A stretch of 64,000 nt of DNA, taken from NCBI GenBank assembly GCA_964489145.1, contig CAZAXL010000004.1, forward strand, positions 8,176 through 72,175. The letters run 5' to 3'. Below the pieces are notes generated by a model that was not told the origin of the DNA, searched no databases, and saw only the letters and a list, made by a program, of their open reading frames with translations. The stretch is from an uncultured Gammaproteobacteria bacterium (lineage in GTDB: Bacteria; Patescibacteriota; Microgenomatia; UBA8517). Each line of letters begins with the position of its first letter. The first letter of the stretch is position 1. The position numbers were made by a program, and so were the translations under genes. Shown here piece after piece: positions 39,865 to 48,431 of this stretch.

Positions 39865-40180
39865 AAACAATTTTAAAGTTTATTGACTTATCAACAACAA
39901 GATTCAAATTATCCACAAATCTATTCACAATTGTCTATGCCTACCATCAACACAAAATCATCCCGAAAAGTAAATTTGTTTTTGAAAAGTTTTCTACTTA
40001 TCAACACTCTCTACTACTAGAACTACTAGTTAATATATGATAAACAAAGTTTGTCACAAACTACCGTTTATGATATTTGTCACAAACTACCGTTTATGAT
40101 ATTTGTCACAAACTACCGTTTATGATATTTGTCACAAACTACCGTTTATGATAAACAAGGTAAAGAAAAATTAACGAAAT
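39865..40180. promoter_or_regulatory. Putative oriC: dnaA-dnaN intergenic region with DnaA boxes and 4 x 26-bp direct repeats
   Basis: Perfect TTATCCACA at 39908..39916; TTATCAACA variants x3; TTTGTCACAAACTACCGTTTATGATA repeated exactly 4x at 40050..40153. Confidence 0.65.
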
Positions 40181-41293
40181 ATGAAATTGCAGGTACTTCA
40201 GGAAAATCTGGAAAAAGCAGTCAGTATAACGACAAGATTTGCGAGCACTAAAGCACAGCTTCCTATTTTAGGAAACATTCTTTTATCTGCAAAAAAAAGC
40301 AAAATATTCCTATCTTCAACAAATCTGGAGATATCAGCATCAGTGCAAATTGGGGCAAAAGTTGAGAAAGAAGGAGAAATAAGCATTCCGGCAAAAGTCA
40401 TTACAGACCTTATTTCTAATTTACCCAAAGAAACAATAAACCTTGAATCTGAGAAAGAACAATTAAAAGTTTCAACAACAGGATTTTCATCCACTATTTT
40501 AGGAATTGATCCTACGGATTTTCCGAAGGTTCCCAACACACTTAACGATAAAAACACCATTGTTTTTTCAAAAAAAGAGATATCTGATTCTTTGAATAAG
40601 GTTATTTTTGCCACTTCGGTTGACGAAACAAGGCCAATCTTGACGGGAGTTCTTTTTATATTGGATAAAAATTCCTTATCTTTAGTCGCTACGGATGGAT
40701 TTAGGCTTTCCAAAAAAGTTATTCCTCTTAAAGACTCTAAAAGTGACAAAAAAACTGTAGTTATTCCAAAAGGTGTTTTAGGGGAAATTAATAGGGGAAT
40801 TTTCGAAGCTGATGAAATTCTTTTTGATTTGGAAGAAAATGAAAAACAAATTATTTTTGGAATAGAAGATACTGTTTTAACATCCAGACTATTGGAAGGA
40901 GAGTATCCTGATTTTGAAAAGATAATTCCCAAAGAGTCTAATATCAAAATCACACTGGATAAAGAAGAATTTTTGAGAGCGGTGAAGCTTGCCTCTATTT
41001 TTGCCAGAGAATCCGCGAATGTTGTAAAAATTAAAATTTTGAAAGATTTGATAAAAGTTTCGGCTGAAAGTAGCGCGGCGGGAAGTCAGGAAACTAAGGT
41101 TGATGCAAAAATTGACAAGGGAAGTTCTGAGGAATTTGAAATTGCTTTTAACTACAGGTATATAGAAGATTTTCTACATTCGGTGGTAGGGGAGGAAATA
41201 AAAATGGAGTTTTTGAATTCGACCTCTGCAGGAGTTTTTAGAGATACGAATGATTCAAGTTATCTTCATTTGATAATGCCGGTAAAAATATAA
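40181..41293 (+). CDS. dnaN: DNA polymerase III beta sliding clamp
   Basis: MKLQVLQENLEKAVSI start, three-domain ~370 aa, position after dnaA. Confidence 0.85.
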   Translation: MKLQVLQENLEKAVSITTRFASTKAQLPILGNILLSAKKSKIFLSSTNLEISASVQIGAKVEKEGEISIPAKVITDLISNLPKETINLESEKEQLKVSTTGFSSTILGIDPTDFPKVPNTLNDKNTIVFSKKEISDSLNKVIFATSVDETRPILTGVLFILDKNSLSLVATDGFRLSKKVIPLKDSKSDKKTVVIPKGVLGEINRGIFEADEILFDLEENEKQIIFGIEDTVLTSRLLEGEYPDFEKIIPKESNIKITLDKEEFLRAVKLASIFARESANVVKIKILKDLIKVSAESSAAGSQETKVDAKIDKGSSEEFEIAFNYRYIEDFLHSVVGEEIKMEFLNSTSAGVFRDTNDSSYLHLIMPVKI

Positions 41294-41295
41294 CA

Positions 41296-41859
41296 CTACT
41301 GGCCCTCGACGGGATTTTCCGAAAAGGCTTGTCCAAAACTTGTTTTAAATTCATTAAAAGTTGTTGGTTTAAAATACCAAACCTCCAATACAATTCCCGA
41401 TCCCTGGTGTCCAATGTATGCAATTCCTTTATCAGGGTAAATATAAAGATTAAATCCGCTATATGAACTTGATTTATACAAAACATTTTTGTAATTGCCG
41501 TATTTTTCGTTTATGTCTGAAATTGTAATATCATCTTTTGATGAAACAATTTGTTTAACCAGAGTTAGTATTTCGGAATCTATAGAAAATTGATTATTAA
41601 AGTTTGGATTGTTTGATTCATATTCAAGTGTTGTGAGCGTATCGCTTCGGTTTTCTTTCACTGCGGTTCCCATTTGACCAACAACATCGTCTTTGGTGCT
41701 AATACCGGGCGTAAGACTGTTATATGAGGCTCCGGTTTCGGGAATCTTAGTTTTTTGGTTGGTGTCACCTCTACCGGAAAGGGAAATGTAGACAAGATAA
41801 GCTATCGATAACAGCGAAATTGCGGCGATTGCTAAAATTATTTTCTTGTTTTTAAACAT
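41296..41859 (-). CDS. Membrane-anchored extracytoplasmic hypothetical protein (last gene of T4SS-like operon)
   Basis: N-terminal TM (IILAIAAISLLSIAYLVYISL), 187 aa; 14-nt gap to upstream gene. Confidence 0.3.
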   Translation of the reverse strand: MFKNKKIILAIAAISLLSIAYLVYISLSGRGDTNQKTKIPETGASYNSLTPGISTKDDVVGQMGTAVKENRSDTLTTLEYESNNPNFNNQFSIDSEILTLVKQIVSSKDDITISDINEKYGNYKNVLYKSSSYSGFNLYIYPDKGIAYIGHQGSGIVLEVWYFKPTTFNEFKTSFGQAFSENPVEGQ

Positions 41860-41873
41860 ATTTATATTTTACC

Positions 41874-44723
41874 CTAATTGAAAATATATCTCATTAAAAA
41901 TTGGTAGTGAATTGGCCATTTTTGTTGGACGTTTCCACACCTAGGTTGGACAACATAGAGAGCTATTGCTTCCGGTAGAGATTCGCCATCGTTCCAATTT
42001 TGGGTAGCACTATAAAAACAATACGGCGACTCACTTGTTATTCCCGGATACTCTAAATACAACTGATAGAGTTTTGCGGTTTTATTTCCCCACGATAATG
42101 AATGTCCTAGTTCGTGAGAAAGGGTGTAAAGGGCATCTGCCTGATTTTTAACACCAAGTTTGTAAAAATCTACATAGCTTCCATGATTCCAGCCCCAAAA
42201 GCTTTCAAATGAGAAGGGATTGTACCTAAGAGGTAATGATGGATAAGACATACAAACTTTTGAGATGTAACTGCTATATTTTGAAACCATGACACCCCTT
42301 GCATTAACAATGTTGGCATAATATTCTGATGGCCAAGCGTTGGAATCGATATTTAAACATGCCGCCGGGGGAGTGCCTATTGATATAGAGGCCGCACCGG
42401 ACACTTCTTGTTGGGCAGCTTCTTCTGAATCTGCTATGACAGTAAAAGTATCTAAAATAACGGAATCTTTATAATCATTTCCGGAATAATTTTCGGTATA
42501 AGTAAAAACATAAGGGGCACTGGGAGATATTGAATCAGGAATGTCGGTGGACACTTCAGATGGGCAGGTTTTTGTCGGACCCGTCGAAAATATTTGGCAG
42601 TCATTTTTGAAGGCAATATTGGTTAAGGGGCTTTTCTTTGCGGTAACAGTAATGGTATAGCTAATTTGTAGTGGTAATTCAGTGTTTTTAAATGGTCCCT
42701 GAGGGGTTGCTACTTTGTCAACTTGAATGTGGGGGTTCGAACTTAAAGTTGTTATTTGTGTAGGAGGAACAACATAAGCGCCAGAGTTAATGATAAAAAG
42801 AATAAGAGCAACTACTACAGGGAAAACTAAAAGAGTTATCAAAACAGGTGTTCCAATTGAGACAAGAACCGCCCCTCCAAGGGTTGTAAAAAAACTGCCG
42901 ATACTTGTTCCGACAGTTCCCAGATTGATTGTTCCACCTGCGGCCGCCGATGCTAGGCCGAAAGAACCTATTCCGACCACAACTCCCACGAGAGGTCCCG
43001 CAATTGCGAAAGATCCAATTCCCAGAACAGCTCCTATTATGTAGGGGGCGTTTTTCTTGATTTTGTCCCAGGGGATTTTACTTGCAATCCAGCCAACTGC
43101 TGCACCAATTGCAGCTGTTACTACTGCGAGCGGACCACCAGCCAGTCCTAATGCCGCACCCGTTCCGGCACCGGTGGCTGCACCGCCGGCTGCTCCCACT
43201 GCGGTTCCAGTTGCCCCACCCGCTGCAACTCCGACACCTGTTCCAACGGCTTCACCAGCAATCACACCTCCAACCCCGGCAGTCACGACTCCGGTTTCTA
43301 AAACGGCGGTTCCCGCAATGGCACTGACCCCCTCGGTGGCGACAATTGCTGTACTAGCAACCTCAGTCGCAGCCGGTGTTATAATCGTAAAACCAAAATC
43401 AATTCCCAATGAGCTTCCCAGTCCTTCAAAAAAAGTTGAGGCTCCTGGTATTTGCTGGATAATAGGAATAAACACACCGTCCCCAAAGGGGGTGTACTTG
43501 GTTAGTCCAACAACAGAAAGAGCTTGTTGTCCAAGCTCACTGTTATATATTCCCGTAATTAAACTGTCGGAGGGCAATTTCATAATTTGAGAGTCGAGAA
43601 AATTACGGGCTTGTCCAAGCAGGAAACCTTGGGCTTGGTCTTTGCTAAATGAGGTCACACTGTCCAGTAAATTTGATTGAGATTGAAGAAGGTTTGAATA
43701 GCCGTCACTTAGTTGATGAAGATCAATCTCGTGTGTATATCCCTCTATCGGCTGGGTAGTGAGTGTAACTTTAATTTCATTTGGATCGGGTCCAAAAACC
43801 ACAGCAGCAAGATCTCCATTTACAGACGTAAGAATGTTTCTGCTTAGTTGAGTGGAATTATTAAAGAAGGCTAATTCTTGCGTAGCTGTTTTTAAAAAAT
43901 TCTGTACGTTTGCGTCGGAACTAATACTTTTGACGATATTGGTTTCTTTAGAGACAGACTTCAAAATAGCTGTTTGGAAATTTGTTTCTATTTGCTGTGA
44001 GGGGTTGTTAATTGCAAGCACTGTGTCATTTGCCGTTTTGTCAGATAAAACCGTAATTTCTTCTTCTGACAAATTTTTGGCAAATTCGCTCGAGTGAATT
44101 TTTGCCTTTACAATGTTGGAAATTTCTTTTCTGAAAGATTGAGGATATTTTTTGGCTTCCTCAATAAACTGTTTGGTGTTTTCATCCGGTGTTTGAGTTT
44201 GAGGCGCCTCAACTTTTACATAAATTTTTTTATTTTCCAAAAAACTTTGTATTTCTTTTTGTTTTTGTGTTTTTTCTTCAAAAGACTTCTTTATTCTTTC
44301 GATTTCTTGTTGTCTTTTATATGTTTCTTGTTTTTTTCTTAAAGCCTCCTCAACATTTTTTTGAGCACTTTTTTGGGTTTCTTTTAGTTCAGCTTCTCTT
44401 TTTTGCCGTTCGAGTTCCAGAAGTTCCCTCGCTTCTTTATCCGGCAGATTTGAATCAACCGGCTTTTCCTCTTGTTTATTTGAAGTGAGTGCTTCAACGG
44501 CAAGCTGTGCCCTTTTTATATTTTCCAGATCCCTTTCGGATTTAATTAAGACCCCTGTAAGACGACTTATGAAATCTATGAAATCTGCACGGTTTTTCCA
44601 GTTAAACTCACCCGAAACATAAGATTTGTCTGCCGCATAAATTGTGTCTTCGGGGAAAAAATGGGCAAATGCGTCTATTAAATATTTTGTGTTTTCGGAA
44701 GTCAAACTAATTTTATTTGCCAT
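41874..44723 (-). CDS. Large membrane protein of T4SS-like locus: N-terminal coiled-coil domain, Gly/Ala-rich multi-TM segment, C-terminal HExxH zinc-metallopeptidase-like domain
   Basis: Coiled-coil/charged region aa 80-190; ~180-aa G/A/V-rich hydrophobic block; TLSHELGHSL (HExxH) near C-terminus; immediately follows VirB4. Confidence 0.45.
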   Translation of the reverse strand: MANKISLTSENTKYLIDAFAHFFPEDTIYAADKSYVSGEFNWKNRADFIDFISRLTGVLIKSERDLENIKRAQLAVEALTSNKQEEKPVDSNLPDKEARELLELERQKREAELKETQKSAQKNVEEALRKKQETYKRQQEIERIKKSFEEKTQKQKEIQSFLENKKIYVKVEAPQTQTPDENTKQFIEEAKKYPQSFRKEISNIVKAKIHSSEFAKNLSEEEITVLSDKTANDTVLAINNPSQQIETNFQTAILKSVSKETNIVKSISSDANVQNFLKTATQELAFFNNSTQLSRNILTSVNGDLAAVVFGPDPNEIKVTLTTQPIEGYTHEIDLHQLSDGYSNLLQSQSNLLDSVTSFSKDQAQGFLLGQARNFLDSQIMKLPSDSLITGIYNSELGQQALSVVGLTKYTPFGDGVFIPIIQQIPGASTFFEGLGSSLGIDFGFTIITPAATEVASTAIVATEGVSAIAGTAVLETGVVTAGVGGVIAGEAVGTGVGVAAGGATGTAVGAAGGAATGAGTGAALGLAGGPLAVVTAAIGAAVGWIASKIPWDKIKKNAPYIIGAVLGIGSFAIAGPLVGVVVGIGSFGLASAAAGGTINLGTVGTSIGSFFTTLGGAVLVSIGTPVLITLLVFPVVVALILFIINSGAYVVPPTQITTLSSNPHIQVDKVATPQGPFKNTELPLQISYTITVTAKKSPLTNIAFKNDCQIFSTGPTKTCPSEVSTDIPDSISPSAPYVFTYTENYSGNDYKDSVILDTFTVIADSEEAAQQEVSGAASISIGTPPAACLNIDSNAWPSEYYANIVNARGVMVSKYSSYISKVCMSYPSLPLRYNPFSFESFWGWNHGSYVDFYKLGVKNQADALYTLSHELGHSLSWGNKTAKLYQLYLEYPGITSESPYCFYSATQNWNDGESLPEAIALYVVQPRCGNVQQKWPIHYQFLMRYIFN

Positions 44724-44725
44724 AG

Positions 44726-46546
44726 TTATTTACCGGAGTAGGGATTTGTTGCCACCCTAATTACTTCCTGCGGCTTGGTTGTTATAAGCTTGTTCTCATT
44801 CTCCGAGGCAACAATTCTGATTGGTGCGTGGTGAGGTCCGGCAAAGAAAATTCCTTCTCCGACGTTGGCAGCCAGAAGAAGTCTCTTTTCTCCCTGGGAA
44901 AGGTAAAAGACCTCGCCGATTTTATCAATTGCCGCCGGTGATTGCTTCAGGAGGACCTGCATAGCGCTGTTTGTGACAATAGCCTTTCCTATGTCCTGTC
45001 CGAGGAAGTCTTCGACGTCCTGGGTTATCGTAGTGAGTCCCAGATAGTATTTGCGGGCCCTCTTGACAACACTCCAAAGAAATTGCGCCGTATCTGGATA
45101 TCTCATCATGTGCCAAGCCTCGTCAACTATCAGAATTCTTTTCTTTAAATCTTTCTTAACCCTTGTCCAAATATAATCGAGAATTATGAACATGGCGATG
45201 GGGCGGAGTGCATCCTGCAGATCTTTAACGGAGAAAACAGTAAATGGGTTAGTGATATTAATATTCGTTTGCTGATCAAAAATTCCCACAAAACTTCCTT
45301 TGACAAATTTCTCGATTCTGGCGGCCAGATCCAGTGCGTCGGGGACCTCCATTCCAATAAGAGTTTTGTAAAGATCCTCCATTAAAGGCGGTTCTTTTCC
45401 TTGAGTATCAGGATCCATAGTTATTCCCTTGGCTTTATAGGTGATAATCAGGGCTCTATCCAAAAGTGCTTCCTGAGTTGGAGTAATTGCTCCCATGATT
45501 ACTTTCATCAGAGAATGAAGTGAGAGAATTTTAAGTCCAAGCTGGTTTTCTCCCTCCTCCCTGATTTGTGATAAGTCGAAGGGGTTTATTTTTGCGGTTG
45601 AGTTGTAGGAGAAAGAAATGTATTCGCCCCCCACAGCTTCAGCAATGGTTTTGTACTCGCTTTCCGGATCAATAACAATTGTTTCTATCCCAACCATGAG
45701 TGACCTAATTGCTTCCAGTTTGACAAAATAAGACTTGCCGGCGCCACTGGTTGCGAAGATTGTCATATTGGCGTTTTGCAGGCTAAATCTATCAAAAATG
45801 ATAAAAGACTCGTTTTGGGAATTTATACCAAAGAGCACCCCGCGGTCGCTTGAAAGCTCAGTTGAGGTTAAGGGAAAAGTTGTGGCTACGGAGGTTGTGT
45901 CCATATTTCTCGTAATGTTTAACCTGTCTATTCCAAAGGGAGCCGTTGCCGTAAAACCCTCGGACATATCAAGCATGGCGTGTTTACTGACAATCATTAA
46001 GGATCCAAGTTGGGATTCAACCTGTTTGGTTATTTGGTTAAGTTCCTCGGGGGAGTTGGCGGGAATTGTTATGTAAAATCCAAATTCATAAAAACGCTCG
46101 ATTCCCTTGACAAGTTGTTCCTGAAGAGCTTGTGCGTCTTCGAGTTTAGCCTGTGTAACGGGGTCGACGATTTTACCGCGTTCGATATCGGTCATTATCT
46201 CAGCTTCCATTTCGGCAATTTTACGTCTTAGATCATCGAGCACACTTTTTCCGTCTACAGGATAAATGTAAAAAGAAATATCGAGAGAAGTATCTATATT
46301 CACAACCGGCTCAAGCCATCCGGGTGCAACAAATCTCGGATAACCTCCAACAAAAATAGTCCTGAAGTAGATATCGTTTATTTTTAAATAATCAAAATCT
46401 ACCTCGACAGATTGAGGGGAAATCACATCCAATAAACTCATTTTTTGATTCATGACTGAAAAAGCCGGAGATATGATCTGCGGTTTAGCCTCGGTTTCCT
46501 GGATGGGAACCGTCGGTTGCTGGCCTTGTTTATTGTCTGGTTTCAT
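44726..46546 (-). CDS. VirB4/TraC/TrbE-family T4SS ATPase, ATPase (C-terminal) part
   Basis: Walker A FATSGAGKS, VirB4-type Walker B ILIVDEAWHMM, downstream TTITQD; 606 aa is ~200 aa short of full VirB4. Confidence 0.7.
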   Translation of the reverse strand: MKPDNKQGQQPTVPIQETEAKPQIISPAFSVMNQKMSLLDVISPQSVEVDFDYLKINDIYFRTIFVGGYPRFVAPGWLEPVVNIDTSLDISFYIYPVDGKSVLDDLRRKIAEMEAEIMTDIERGKIVDPVTQAKLEDAQALQEQLVKGIERFYEFGFYITIPANSPEELNQITKQVESQLGSLMIVSKHAMLDMSEGFTATAPFGIDRLNITRNMDTTSVATTFPLTSTELSSDRGVLFGINSQNESFIIFDRFSLQNANMTIFATSGAGKSYFVKLEAIRSLMVGIETIVIDPESEYKTIAEAVGGEYISFSYNSTAKINPFDLSQIREEGENQLGLKILSLHSLMKVIMGAITPTQEALLDRALIITYKAKGITMDPDTQGKEPPLMEDLYKTLIGMEVPDALDLAARIEKFVKGSFVGIFDQQTNINITNPFTVFSVKDLQDALRPIAMFIILDYIWTRVKKDLKKRILIVDEAWHMMRYPDTAQFLWSVVKRARKYYLGLTTITQDVEDFLGQDIGKAIVTNSAMQVLLKQSPAAIDKIGEVFYLSQGEKRLLLAANVGEGIFFAGPHHAPIRIVASENENKLITTKPQEVIRVATNPYSGK

Positions 46547-47226
46547 TTGTTTTCAAGTATTACCTCGGGCTCTTTTTTGACGGCTGGCTTTTCCGGATTG
46601 TAAATTGAATAAAACAAGTTTATAAGATCGGGGGTTGTAAGTTGTTTGAATTTAATTCCAAGTCGTCCTGCCTGACGGACAAGATGGTCGCGTCTTGGGT
46701 AAAGAGCAATTTTTGCTTTTTTAATAACATATGATTTAGTAAATGGAAGGGGTCCGGATAATTTCGTAACCGCGGCTATAGATTTTGCTACCCCAAGCTC
46801 AAGTGGAGACAGATAAAGAACGACAAAAAATCTTTTTCCTAAAACATTTTTCTTTTTAACGGATTCGGTTATAAAGTTTTTATAATCCTGCATGAGATTT
46901 GCAAGAAGGGGCTGAGTAATCTTTTTTGATTGCTCATCCAGAAAGTTTAGATATGATGAAATATCTTTCTTTTGGGTTAAAACAACAATTTGTACGGAGA
47001 AAGTAAGTGAATTTACCATGGCTGCATAAGCAGCAATTACGGCTTCCTGTTCTTTTTCCGAAAGGAGCCCAAAGTTTAGGGAACTTGACTCCATGATAAG
47101 TGCTGCTCCGCCATCTTTATAAATAACGATGTCATTGGTAATGTCGGCAACAGGTACAAAATCTTGAGTGGTTGAAGTTAAAGGTTTGTCGGGAATATTT
47201 ATAAATGGAATTTTAGGTATATTCAT
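46543..47226 (-). CDS. Probable VirB4 N-terminal domain encoded as a separate ORF (split VirB4)
   Basis: 227 aa, soluble; DIVIYKDGGAALIMESSSLNFGLLSEKEQE resembles VirB4/TrbE N-domain; ATGA overlaps with flanking genes on both sides. Confidence 0.4.
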   Translation of the reverse strand: MNIPKIPFINIPDKPLTSTTQDFVPVADITNDIVIYKDGGAALIMESSSLNFGLLSEKEQEAVIAAYAAMVNSLTFSVQIVVLTQKKDISSYLNFLDEQSKKITQPLLANLMQDYKNFITESVKKKNVLGKRFFVVLYLSPLELGVAKSIAAVTKLSGPLPFTKSYVIKKAKIALYPRRDHLVRQAGRLGIKFKQLTTPDLINLFYSIYNPEKPAVKKEPEVILENK

Positions 47227-48290
47227 TGGTTTGTTAGTATGTTTGTCGGTTGTTGCATTGGGGTTGCTTGAGTCGTCACAAGTGACCTTCCTTCTACCAG
47301 AATCGGGGGAATAATTTCTCCTTTGGCCTCAAAATTAACGGGCATGAATTGATATCCGTCCTTTTCACTGATAATGCCATATTGGCCGTTATCAAGAGCA
47401 GTGACCGCCATAAAGTGTCCGAGCTTGTTGCTTCTAAGGGCTCTAATGGGCCTGCCGTATTCGTCTCTAATCTCAATAATTGCTCCTTCAATAATTCTTC
47501 TTGCCTCGTCAACAACCTGACCCACCACTACGTTGGGATATGTAGGCGGGTTTGGGGGAGTGGCGTCAATTGAAAAAATGGCTTCTCTGGTAGAAACTAT
47601 TTCTTCCCCAGCAATTGTAGGATTAACATGCTGAGTCTGGACTTGCACTGTTTGAGAAACGGGTTGAACCCTTTCCTCGACGACAAGGTGGGTGGTCTGC
47701 ATGGGGGTTATTTTGACAGATGTGCTTACGGGAATCTCCAGTTTTTTGGGAGCAGGGGGGGGTGTTGGGACGGTGGGGGTTTGGGCTGTGGCCACAGGAG
47801 TTACAGGACCTTTAATGCCGGCAAATATACCGGCAAGGGCAGCCAGGAAACCCTGTTCCGCACCCTCCAATTTAGCAAGAGGTCCGGCCATTTGTTTAGC
47901 GCTTTCCAAATAGTTTTTGAGAGCAGCGTCTTGGTTTTGATTTCCCTGTTGGGGCGGAATATTGCTGACCGCAGTTTCATCTTGAAAAAACCTGGGAACC
48001 TCTTTTGTTTTTTTCCAGTTGAAAATTGTTGGAGAATAGATTGTTTTAAAAAACGATAAAATCCACTGTTCCAGGGGACGCTCCTCAAGAGGGACAAAAG
48101 CCATGGCGGCGCCCAAAATTACAGAGACAATTGCAAACGGCCATTTGATTATTCCAATTAAAGGAGATGAATAAAAAATTAAACCAACCAAAAACCCCCC
48201 CGCAAGCTGAAAGAATTGCTTGAGAGTCATATCTCCCACCAACCGGAATTGGTAAGAAGATATATTTTGCGGAATTGGATGTTGTTCCAT
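47223..48290 (-). CDS. PrgI/VirB3-like membrane protein with ~250-aa C-terminal extension (first gene of operon)
   Basis: DMTLKQFFQLAGGFLVGLIFY...two TM resembles PrgI-family PLTLRQF..L..G block; directly upstream of VirB4 as in monoderm T4SS. Confidence 0.5.
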   Translation of the reverse strand: MEQHPIPQNISSYQFRLVGDMTLKQFFQLAGGFLVGLIFYSSPLIGIIKWPFAIVSVILGAAMAFVPLEERPLEQWILSFFKTIYSPTIFNWKKTKEVPRFFQDETAVSNIPPQQGNQNQDAALKNYLESAKQMAGPLAKLEGAEQGFLAALAGIFAGIKGPVTPVATAQTPTVPTPPPAPKKLEIPVSTSVKITPMQTTHLVVEERVQPVSQTVQVQTQHVNPTIAGEEIVSTREAIFSIDATPPNPPTYPNVVVGQVVDEARRIIEGAIIEIRDEYGRPIRALRSNKLGHFMAVTALDNGQYGIISEKDGYQFMPVNFEAKGEIIPPILVEGRSLVTTQATPMQQPTNILTNQ

Positions 48291-48431
48291 GCTTTAAGGC
48301 AGGGCGAAGAATATTAAAAGCAATCTTTTTTGTCTTTACCCTATACTTCTAGGCTACAGCGTGAACGACTGCTTTCAAGTGGTATACTTTTTCACAACAA
48401 ATAAGTATTAATCTTTCGCTTCAAGGCAATC

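Noticed and set aside
42790-43590. Plus-strand Ala/Pro-rich ORFs (84, 177, 81 aa)
   Set aside because: Antisense reading of the Gly/Ala-rich hydrophobic segment of the 949-aa minus-strand gene.
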